NCBI GenBank assembly: GCA_964433675.1
Contig: CAYSSJ010000006.1
Span: forward strand, 62,656-126,655
DNA length: 64,000 nucleotides
From: an uncultured Candidatus Cloacimonadota bacterium
GTDB lineage: Bacteria; Cloacimonadota; Cloacimonadia; Cloacimonadales; TCS61
Direction: 5' to 3'
The position numbers and the translations under genes were made by a program. Of the stretch, positions 56,225-64,000 are shown one piece after another. Below the pieces are notes generated by a model. That model ran no database searches. It was not told the DNA's origin and saw nothing but the letters and a program-made list of their open reading frames with translations. Position 1 is the stretch's first letter. Each line of letters starts with the position of its first letter.

Positions 56225-57880
56225 ATGGCATTGACTGATGATTTTAATGATCAAATTTCAGAATTATTAGGTGAGCATGGAACTGTATATAACAACAGTC
56301 CCAGAGATTTTCTTATCAAACAAAGTATCGAAAACAAAGAAGCTGTAGTATCCGAGTGTGGTGCCCTAGCAGTGTGGAACGGAGTAGAATCTACCGGTAG
56401 AAGTCCAAAAGACACTTATATAGTTAAACATCCATCATCCGAACATACGATAGATTGGGATTCTCCCAACTGCATTCCGACTACCAGAGCGACCTTCGAT
56501 CTGGTAATGAAAGAAGCACTCGATATTCTGAATCGAAAAGAAGAAATCTATGTTACCGACCGTGTGCTGGGTGCAGATCCGAACTACTCACTTCCTTGCA
56601 AAACCATCACTGATAAGGCTCTGACAGCCCTGTTTACAGATAATATGTTTCGCCCTATTATTGATAGAAGCTCACAGAATGTTTTCGAAAATAAACCATT
56701 TACTATGATCGCACTGCCGAACTATAGTTTAAAGGGTGAGAAATGGGAAGGGAAACTACGTAAACTTGGTGATTCCGAATATTCCGAAATATATGTAGCC
56801 ATGGATTTCGACCGGCGTTTGGGTCTAATTGTCGGTTCTTCCTATTGTGGAACTGTAAAAAAAATGATGTTCACCGTAATGAACTACTATCTTCCCGAAC
56901 ATGGTATCTTACCTCTGCATTGTTCCGCTAATGAAGGCAATGATGGGGATTCAGCTTTGCTTCTCGGTCTATCAGGTACAGGGAAAACGACACTATCAGC
57001 CGATCCGACCAGAGCGTTGTTGGGAGATGATGAGCATGGCTGGGATGATAATGGGATCGCTAATTTCGAGAATGGATGTTATGCAAAGCTGATAAATTTG
57101 AATCCGGAGAAAGAGCCGGAGATTTATAATGCGGTGTTTCATCAAGATGACTATGAAAAACACGGGGTCATCATCGAAAATTGTCTAATGTATCCAAATG
57201 GAACTTTTGATGTAGATGATGATAGATTGACACCCAATTCGCGAGCATCCTTTCCGCTTACTTATCTCTCAAATACGAAAAAATCTTCTGTCTCTACCCA
57301 CCCAAAAACCATATTATTCCTTACCGCCGATGCAAATGGTGTGTTACCTCCCATCTCCAAGCTATCCAAAGAACAGACCATGCTGTGGTTTTTGATGGGT
57401 TACACTAGCAAATTAGCCGGTACGGAAACAGGGATCATTGATCCGGTTAGCGTTTTTTCTCGCTTCTTTGGCGAACCTTTCATGCCTCGCAATCCGGAGG
57501 ATTATACCTCACTGATGGGTAAGAAGATTGATCAGCATGACACTAATGTGTTTTTAGTCAACACCGGCTGGAGCGGCGGAGCATTTGGGGTTGGTAAAAG
57601 AATGGACATCACCTTGACCCGAACTTTGATAAATGCAGCTTTGAATGGGAAACTAGACGATGTAGAGTACAGAGAAGATCACTTGTTTCATCTATCTATT
57701 CCCATGCATTGCCCCGGAGTTGATCCTAAAATACTAAATCCGAAAGATACTTGGAGTGATCCCAGACTTTTTGAGCAGCGAGCCAAAATGTTAGCCCAGG
57801 ATTTTAGTGATCATTTCGATAAGCACTATGGGAATAAGAACATAAATCCAAAAGTTAAAGCGCAGTGTCCTGGCAAATAG
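56225..57880 (+). CDS. pckA: phosphoenolpyruvate carboxykinase (ATP)
   Basis: 551 aa. The kinase-1a loop 'GLSGTGKTTLS', plus 'LGDDEHGW' and 'NTGWSGG'. Confidence 0.9.
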   Translation: MALTDDFNDQISELLGEHGTVYNNSPRDFLIKQSIENKEAVVSECGALAVWNGVESTGRSPKDTYIVKHPSSEHTIDWDSPNCIPTTRATFDLVMKEALDILNRKEEIYVTDRVLGADPNYSLPCKTITDKALTALFTDNMFRPIIDRSSQNVFENKPFTMIALPNYSLKGEKWEGKLRKLGDSEYSEIYVAMDFDRRLGLIVGSSYCGTVKKMMFTVMNYYLPEHGILPLHCSANEGNDGDSALLLGLSGTGKTTLSADPTRALLGDDEHGWDDNGIANFENGCYAKLINLNPEKEPEIYNAVFHQDDYEKHGVIIENCLMYPNGTFDVDDDRLTPNSRASFPLTYLSNTKKSSVSTHPKTILFLTADANGVLPPISKLSKEQTMLWFLMGYTSKLAGTETGIIDPVSVFSRFFGEPFMPRNPEDYTSLMGKKIDQHDTNVFLVNTGWSGGAFGVGKRMDITLTRTLINAALNGKLDDVEYREDHLFHLSIPMHCPGVDPKILNPKDTWSDPRLFEQRAKMLAQDFSDHFDKHYGNKNINPKVKAQCPGK

Positions 57881-57883
57881 CAT

Positions 57884-59251
57884 TTGTTGATGGAAAAACG
57901 GCACATTCTAGCGAATGACAATATACTGAAGCTGCTATTCAAACTCTCCACACCAGCTACGATTGGTATGGCAGCTATGGCTATGTTCAACATAGTCGAT
58001 ACTATTTTCGTCGGTCGTGGTATTGGGTCTTTGGCTATTGCTGCGTTATCCATAGTTTTCCCTATCCAAATGTTCTTGCTGGCAGTCGGTCAGATGATCG
58101 GCATAGGAGCTGCCTCTCTGATCTCCCGTAGTTTGGGTGCAAATGATTATGATAAGGCGAACAAAACACTGGGAAATGTGGTATTGATAGTAATCTCTTT
58201 TGCTCTCATAATAACTGTTCTGGGTTCTGTTTTCATCACAGAATTACTCACACTCTTCGGTGCAACAGATACCATCATCGGATATGCCAAAGACTATATG
58301 CAGGTCATTTTATTTGGTTCGCTCTTTTTCATTTTTTTAGTTACCGGAAACAATATCATTCGCTCGGAAGGAAAAGCAAAGATCGCCATGACTACCATGC
58401 TGGTAGCAGCTGGTATTAATATTATCCTTGACCCCATCTTTATTTTCGCTCTCAATCTCGGTATCCGTGGAGCTGCACTTGCTACCATTATTTCCCAGTT
58501 CATTACTGCAATGTATATCTTCAGGTTTTTCATCGCGCAAAAAAGTATTCTTGTGTTTCGAGTTAAAGACATTATCCCCGATCTGAAAATAATCAAAGAG
58601 ATTTTCGCAGTCGGGATATCAGCTTTTTCTCAACAAGTAGCAGCGAGTATATTAATCATCGTAATCAACAACAGTTTGGGATATTATGGAGGTGAAATCT
58701 ATATAGCTGTTTATGGCATTATCAATCGTCTACTCCGCTTTGTACTGATGCCAATATTTGGCATAGCTCAGGGAATGCAACCAATAGCCGGATTTAATTA
58801 TGGACGCAAAGATTACCGAAAAAGCTGGAGAGCGATCAAATTGGCTATTATCGCCGCTACTACCGTATCCACGCTCGGATTTATTATTTTGATGACCATT
58901 CCGAATATCCTGATCGGTATATTCACCACCGATGCAGAACTGATAGATAAAGCAGTTCGTTCACTCAGGCTCATGATCATGGTATTCCCCATTGTAGGCT
59001 ATCAGATAGTATCGTCGGTAGCATTTCAAGCTATGGGAAAAGCCTTACCAGCGTTAGTTCTCTCACTCTCGCGCCAGATTATATTGCTTATACCATTGGT
59101 TTTGATCCTGCCTCGCTTATTTGATGTGTATGGAATTTGGATTGCCTTCCCGATTTCAGATGTGCTTGCTACTATGATAACTTCTATTCTGATATTCAAA
59201 CAATATAGAGAAATGAAGAAAGACTTTGTTTATCAAGTAGATAGAAAGTGA
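57884..59251 (+). CDS. MATE-family efflux transporter
   Basis: 455 aa with 12 TM. The N-terminal 'LLFKLSTPATIGMAAMAMFNIVDTIFVGR' pattern is typical of MATE/NorM. Confidence 0.8.
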   Translation: MLMEKRHILANDNILKLLFKLSTPATIGMAAMAMFNIVDTIFVGRGIGSLAIAALSIVFPIQMFLLAVGQMIGIGAASLISRSLGANDYDKANKTLGNVVLIVISFALIITVLGSVFITELLTLFGATDTIIGYAKDYMQVILFGSLFFIFLVTGNNIIRSEGKAKIAMTTMLVAAGINIILDPIFIFALNLGIRGAALATIISQFITAMYIFRFFIAQKSILVFRVKDIIPDLKIIKEIFAVGISAFSQQVAASILIIVINNSLGYYGGEIYIAVYGIINRLLRFVLMPIFGIAQGMQPIAGFNYGRKDYRKSWRAIKLAIIAATTVSTLGFIILMTIPNILIGIFTTDAELIDKAVRSLRLMIMVFPIVGYQIVSSVAFQAMGKALPALVLSLSRQIILLIPLVLILPRLFDVYGIWIAFPISDVLATMITSILIFKQYREMKKDFVYQVDRK

Positions 59252-59338
59252 CTAATCTTCTTTCTCAGTCCTATAGAGTAATATTTTCATTGACTGAAAA
59301 CCATCGACTAAATCTATATCTTAAAATAAGAAGGTAGT

Positions 59339-60883
59339 ATGAAAAGAATGTTATGGTTGATGCTCGCTCTTTTGTTGAGCGGGATTATAATTTTCCTGGT
59401 AATATATTACCAAAAGCCTGTCGAGGCAAGGCGCGATTTAGACGATATCTTAGCTCGTATTTTCAATTTCGTCTATATTACCACTATCATTGCGATTATT
59501 TTCCTAGTGATTCGAGAGAATTCAGCTCCGATAAATACAATAGCCTGGATCCAAGTTCTTATCTTTCTGCCAATTATCGGCATCATCCTCTATGTTTTTT
59601 TCGGGATAAACTATCGCAAGAGAAAAATGTTTAACCGCAAGGCATCCAAGGATTTCCAAGAGCTGGAAACTCTGACCCAATTCAAAGAAAGTGTAGCGAC
59701 ACCACAAAAGTTGTACGAATCAAATGTATCTTCCGCTCAGAAACAGATGTCCCAGCTCATGTACAATAATAACAAAGCACTGCTTACATATCATAACCAA
59801 GCCGAACTCTATACGGATGGCAGTAGTACAATATCTGCCCTTTTTGAAGATTTAAAACAAGCTCAAAAAAACATCCATTTGGAGTATTTTTCTATTATGC
59901 CCGATGAGGTCGGTAGGCAGCTACAAGCTATTCTGATAGAAAAAGCCAAAAGCGGAGTTCAGGTCAGATTGATCTGCGATGCAGTGGGTTCTTGGCGATT
60001 GCCTGCTTCATTCTTTCGCAAACTAAGAAGTGTGGGAGTGCAGGTCTATGAGTTCTTACCAGTCAAGCTACCATTTCTCTCCAGCAAGCTTAATTATCGT
60101 AATCATCGCAAAATATGTGTGATAGACGGAAGTGTAGGATACATTGGCGGAGTTAATCTGGGCAGAAAGTATTTAGGTAAGCATAAGTTCTATGGTTTTT
60201 GGAGAGATACGCATGTAAGATTGACCGGTGACGCTGTCTATTCACTTCAGAAAGTTTTTCTAACCGATTGGTCTTTTATTACCGGTAAGCTGGATTACCA
60301 AGCAGATTTTTTTCCACCTCACGATGTCGATGATCTACTCCCGGTACAGATATTATCTTCCGGTCCCGATTCGGATTGGGAATCTATCATGCAAGCATAT
60401 TTTGCTGCTATTAGCAGAGCTTCGAATTATATTTACGTTGCCACGCCTTATTTTATGCTGAACGAGAGTATGCTCACCGCACTAAAAACTGCAGCTCTTA
60501 GTGGAGTAGATGTTCGCCTGATTCTACCGGCAAAAAACGATTATCGCATTATCTATTATGGATCTCGCTCTTACTATGAGGAACTTTTACGCTCTGGTAT
60601 CAGAATCTATGAATACACCAAAGGATTTATTCATGCCAAAGTATTGCTGACAGACGATGTCTTTCTCTCTATAGGTTCGGCAAATATGGATATCAGAAGC
60701 TTTAAGCAGAATTTCGAAGTAAATTGTATCATGTATGATGACAAATATTCCGAAGAAGTGAAGATGCATTTTTATCAGGATTTCAATGATAGCAGGGAGA
60801 TAATCCTCTCCGAGTTTGTCAAGAGACCTGCTTTGAACAAAGTTTGGGAATCTATCGCCCGATTGTTTTCTCCGATTCTGTAA
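59339..60883 (+). CDS. cls: cardiolipin synthase
   Basis: 514 aa with two N-terminal TM helices and two HKD motifs ('HRKICVIDG' and 'IHAKVLLTDD...GSANMD'). Confidence 0.9.
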   Translation: MKRMLWLMLALLLSGIIIFLVIYYQKPVEARRDLDDILARIFNFVYITTIIAIIFLVIRENSAPINTIAWIQVLIFLPIIGIILYVFFGINYRKRKMFNRKASKDFQELETLTQFKESVATPQKLYESNVSSAQKQMSQLMYNNNKALLTYHNQAELYTDGSSTISALFEDLKQAQKNIHLEYFSIMPDEVGRQLQAILIEKAKSGVQVRLICDAVGSWRLPASFFRKLRSVGVQVYEFLPVKLPFLSSKLNYRNHRKICVIDGSVGYIGGVNLGRKYLGKHKFYGFWRDTHVRLTGDAVYSLQKVFLTDWSFITGKLDYQADFFPPHDVDDLLPVQILSSGPDSDWESIMQAYFAAISRASNYIYVATPYFMLNESMLTALKTAALSGVDVRLILPAKNDYRIIYYGSRSYYEELLRSGIRIYEYTKGFIHAKVLLTDDVFLSIGSANMDIRSFKQNFEVNCIMYDDKYSEEVKMHFYQDFNDSREIILSEFVKRPALNKVWESIARLFSPIL

Positions 60884-60888
60884 TCATC

Positions 60889-63800
60889 TTACGGAAAAGT
60901 TGTTTTCCAAAACAGATCAATTCCGGTAGATTTATTGTCTCCGGACGTTGCTTGCAGAAAGAGATAGCGGTTTATCTCATATTCCAGTGATATCCTTTGC
61001 GGATCGAGATTCTGGGATTCCTTCAATGCTATCTGTCTTTCATAATTCAAATATAACCGATCGGAAAGATATTTCCCTACGATGATGGTAGCATTACGCC
61101 AATTCTGATCTCCGGAAAATTCGATCACATCCAGCTGCAGATTCCGTCTGATACTGCCGGTCAGCCTGTCGGTGATCTGTCCTAATAACAAACTTCCGAC
61201 CATACCCATGTTACCTGATTCTTCGTCCAGTTGTGCTTTCTCTCCCTGAGTTAACTGCTGGGTATTTCTTCGGAAGATTAGGTAAGATATAGCATCTGCT
61301 TCTGTGATAAGCTCTTTACCGAGATAAAACTGAAATATGGGATCGGATGGAGTACCGGACAATTCAAAACTCAGGACCTGCCTCTTCCCTTCTATATCTC
61401 TGAATACATGCCTAGCTACCAAATCGAAGTGCGGCTCTATTTCCGTCCCACCTGTAAATGTGACAGTACCACCTCGCAGGTCGAATCTTCTGCCATAAAG
61501 CTCATAATTACCTCTGATGATACGGACGTTACCGAATAGCTCGAACTCTGTGCCGGTTTTGACCACTTCAATTTCACCACCGATCTCCAGATCAGCTCCC
61601 AATCCTCTCAACCAATTATTGCCCGGTATGTAGATGGATAATGTTCCTCTCAGGTTTTCTATGACATCCGGCATAGAAATAGCCGCTGATTCCGCTTTGG
61701 GAATTGCGGCAACTTCCGTTCTGGTCGGCTCTCTGAGTAACATGGGTTTATACATTTCTTCTTCCTGTTTGAAACGATCGAAAGCTTCCAGATTGATGCG
61801 TGAATTGGGCAATGTGATAGAACCACTGTAGCGTGGATTTTCGATTGTCCCTTCCAAAAGTAGATCCGCATCCATTGAAACGCGAAGATTTCTATCGTCC
61901 AATACTTGAAACCGCTCCGCTTTTACAGTAATATTAAAATGATCTAATCCAAAGCTGACCATATCCTCCAATCTGACTGATCCGGCAATATCCATATATC
62001 CCCGTCTAGCTCTTATATGGCTATCGATACGAAAATAATTTGCTTCATCAGCAGAAATATCCATCTGAATATCTCTGTAATCTATGCCCAGATCGGGATA
62101 TCTGAATCTTCCATCACTAAGGTTCAATCTGCCAAGCATTTGCAGATCTTTCCAGCTGTTTCTCAATGCCAAATTGAGGTTCAAATTACCCGACAGATCA
62201 TAATCTATCAGTTCGGCAATTTCATCTAAGTTGATAATGCTGATCTCGATATCTGCAAATAGATGTCCTTCGGTTTGTTTGAGAATCTCGTCCTGACTGA
62301 AATCGAACGAAATCGGAAAAATCCCTTGCATTGCTATCTTTTGCCCTTCTTTCAGGTTAGAAACCAAAGAGAGTTCCATACTTTCGTCATTGTACTCTGC
62401 TTCCAACAAGATATTATCGATCGAGATGTTTTGGTAGTTTCCCTCTTCCAAAGCAAACATAAGCTCAAACTGCGGAGTGCTGATCCTGCCTTTCAGATCA
62501 AATTCGAGCTCTATTATACCACTCAATGGAAAATCAATTTCTATCACTTCATCAATTAGTGCCAAATCGAACCTGCTAATTTGAAAACTTAGATCATTTA
62601 CACCCTCAAAGTCTAATATGCCGTCAAGGAATAGAAAATGATCTTCAGATGCGAGATAGAGAGAATCAACAGATACACTCTCCCCATCGATATCAATATA
62701 TACCGGTGCTTTTGCTAATTGCCAAAATTGATCTGAGACTTTAATATCAACTTGGTCAAGCTGAAATTTGGGAGATTTTTCAAAACTGTATCGACCGGCA
62801 AGATCGAAACGGTTATTCTGCTGAATTACGGTAACTTCTACTCCGGCGATATCTTCTTCCAGGTTTCCTTTTAGTAAAATCGTCTCCAGCTTGATAGTCT
62901 CATTTTCGATCTTGTCAATCTCCGCATAGACATCTCCTGTCATCTTATCTGCCCGTTTTTCAAGCGAAGTATTTCCGCTTAGATTAGCAATACTCGTCTC
63001 TTCAAAGACAATTTCCGCAAAGTCGAAATCGGCAGTTAGATCAAAATCATCCGGATTGCCGACAAAGGAAACACCCAATCTACACCTCAAAGATACCTCT
63101 TGCAAACCGGGGAAATCTGATACTGAATATATGAAGGAATCGAACTGCAGATCGTGGTCTTGCTCCATATGACCCGACCCTGTTAGACTGAAACTAATAT
63201 TTTTATTTACTACAATAAACTTGGTAAGTTGGTAATTCATATCTTCTAAAGCAACAGTTGTGCTCAAAGCTACATTTCCAATAGCAGTATCATCGATGAT
63301 AGGATTTATGGCACTCATATCCAATTCGAGATCGACTTTTTCATCCACAATACTTGCTACGATCTCAGAATTGATCTCAGGTATAGAGATGTTTTCATAT
63401 TTTATACTTTCCGCAACAAGTTTGCTTTTGATATAGTAATTATCATCTATGGTTTGGACTGATCCGGAGAGGTTGGTTTTTCCGATCGCAAACGGCAGCT
63501 CTATCAAAGGTAAAGCAGCCGGATCATCGATCGAAACAGTATAATCCACTCTGTATTCTGCCAGTGTTCCCTCACCGGTAGCTAAGATTGCTATCTCATC
63601 GGAAACTAACTCTATATGTTCCAGATAGAGGTGTCGGTTACTATACTGTACTCTGCAAATCAAATTATCTATAGAATAATCACCAAGGCTGGAAGGAGCA
63701 GCATCGAGGTTCACGCTCGCTTCCAATATATCTGCGTGCGTACCACTGCCATCTATAGTAGCAGTCAGATTAATCTCGGAAGTAAAACCCTCATCTTGTA

Positions 63801-64000
63801 GTAAAACTGCCAGATCTACCTTGTTAACCGCTAAATCTATTTTGTAATTCATTTGACCGAAAATATCATTTAACGATAGAGAAGTATGCAAAGCTCCAAA
63901 ATCTCCATCCAGATCTAATTCCGCATCCACTGCATCAGCAGCTTTAGTCCCATGCAAAGCGAGATGCTCTACGCTATAATGACCAAAAGTGGAGTTATCC
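60889..64000 (-). CDS. tamB: TamB-like translocation/assembly module protein (DUF490), N-terminus outside the window
   Basis: The open frame runs to the window edge. It is a long, repetitive beta-rich sequence with a C-terminal DUF490-like region ('GKYLSDRLYLNYERQI...LEYEINRYLFLQATSG'). Confidence 0.7.
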   Translation of the reverse strand, partial: DNSTFGHYSVEHLALHGTKAADAVDAELDLDGDFGALHTSLSLNDIFGQMNYKIDLAVNKVDLAVLLQDEGFTSEINLTATIDGSGTHADILEASVNLDAAPSSLGDYSIDNLICRVQYSNRHLYLEHIELVSDEIAILATGEGTLAEYRVDYTVSIDDPAALPLIELPFAIGKTNLSGSVQTIDDNYYIKSKLVAESIKYENISIPEINSEIVASIVDEKVDLELDMSAINPIIDDTAIGNVALSTTVALEDMNYQLTKFIVVNKNISFSLTGSGHMEQDHDLQFDSFIYSVSDFPGLQEVSLRCRLGVSFVGNPDDFDLTADFDFAEIVFEETSIANLSGNTSLEKRADKMTGDVYAEIDKIENETIKLETILLKGNLEEDIAGVEVTVIQQNNRFDLAGRYSFEKSPKFQLDQVDIKVSDQFWQLAKAPVYIDIDGESVSVDSLYLASEDHFLFLDGILDFEGVNDLSFQISRFDLALIDEVIEIDFPLSGIIELEFDLKGRISTPQFELMFALEEGNYQNISIDNILLEAEYNDESMELSLVSNLKEGQKIAMQGIFPISFDFSQDEILKQTEGHLFADIEISIINLDEIAELIDYDLSGNLNLNLALRNSWKDLQMLGRLNLSDGRFRYPDLGIDYRDIQMDISADEANYFRIDSHIRARRGYMDIAGSVRLEDMVSFGLDHFNITVKAERFQVLDDRNLRVSMDADLLLEGTIENPRYSGSITLPNSRINLEAFDRFKQEEEMYKPMLLREPTRTEVAAIPKAESAAISMPDVIENLRGTLSIYIPGNNWLRGLGADLEIGGEIEVVKTGTEFELFGNVRIIRGNYELYGRRFDLRGGTVTFTGGTEIEPHFDLVARHVFRDIEGKRQVLSFELSGTPSDPIFQFYLGKELITEADAISYLIFRRNTQQLTQGEKAQLDEESGNMGMVGSLLLGQITDRLTGSIRRNLQLDVIEFSGDQNWRNATIIVGKYLSDRLYLNYERQIALKESQNLDPQRISLEYEINRYLFLQATSGDNKSTGIDLFWKTTFP

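Overview
AT-rich bacterial chromosome segment from a diderm organism (TamB, an outer-membrane beta-barrel and lipoproteins are present). The taxon cannot be assigned from sequence alone. Most of the window is ordinary, densely packed core genome: coaD, an M24 peptidase, an EndoQ-like nuclease and a 1165-aa TPR protein (0.06-7 kb); a metY-like/thrC/ApgM-like homoserine-kinase operon (18.8-22.9 kb); a TldD/PmbA pair; a glycogen/alpha-glucan cluster (28.9-42.1 kb); a maltodextrin ABC-importer operon with an embedded outer-membrane module (42.1-53.1 kb); five minus-strand tRNAs (53.28-53.71 kb); then rng, rplU-rpmA, pckA, a MATE pump, cls and a truncated tamB. The unusual part is about 9.5-18.8 kb. 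It is a visibly more AT-rich block of about 8 kb in which all genes are on the minus strand. The genes are separated by long imperfect palindromes whose ends carry AAC...GTT boxes, as integron attC sites do. The block is bracketed by about 110-bp direct repeats, and no integrase is present, so it resembles a CALIN (a cluster of attC sites lacking an integrase). Its cargo is typical cassette content (GNAT, GrpB, a class-C-like serine hydrolase, an S41 peptidase, a CPBP protease, and a duplicated 98-aa zinc-ribbon gene). It also holds a self-contained two-gene cassette whose first protein ends in a TIR-like (PF10137-type) nucleotide-binding/NADase-like domain. I consider this cassette the best candidate for an undescribed anti-phage or conflict system. 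A four-helix-bundle ('23S rRNA IVS protein') gene sits at the left edge of the block, framed by inverted arrays of a 14-bp tandem repeat. A 0.7-kb gene-free, hairpin-rich stretch sits at the right edge. All functional calls rest on motifs read by eye from the supplied translations; no database search was run.
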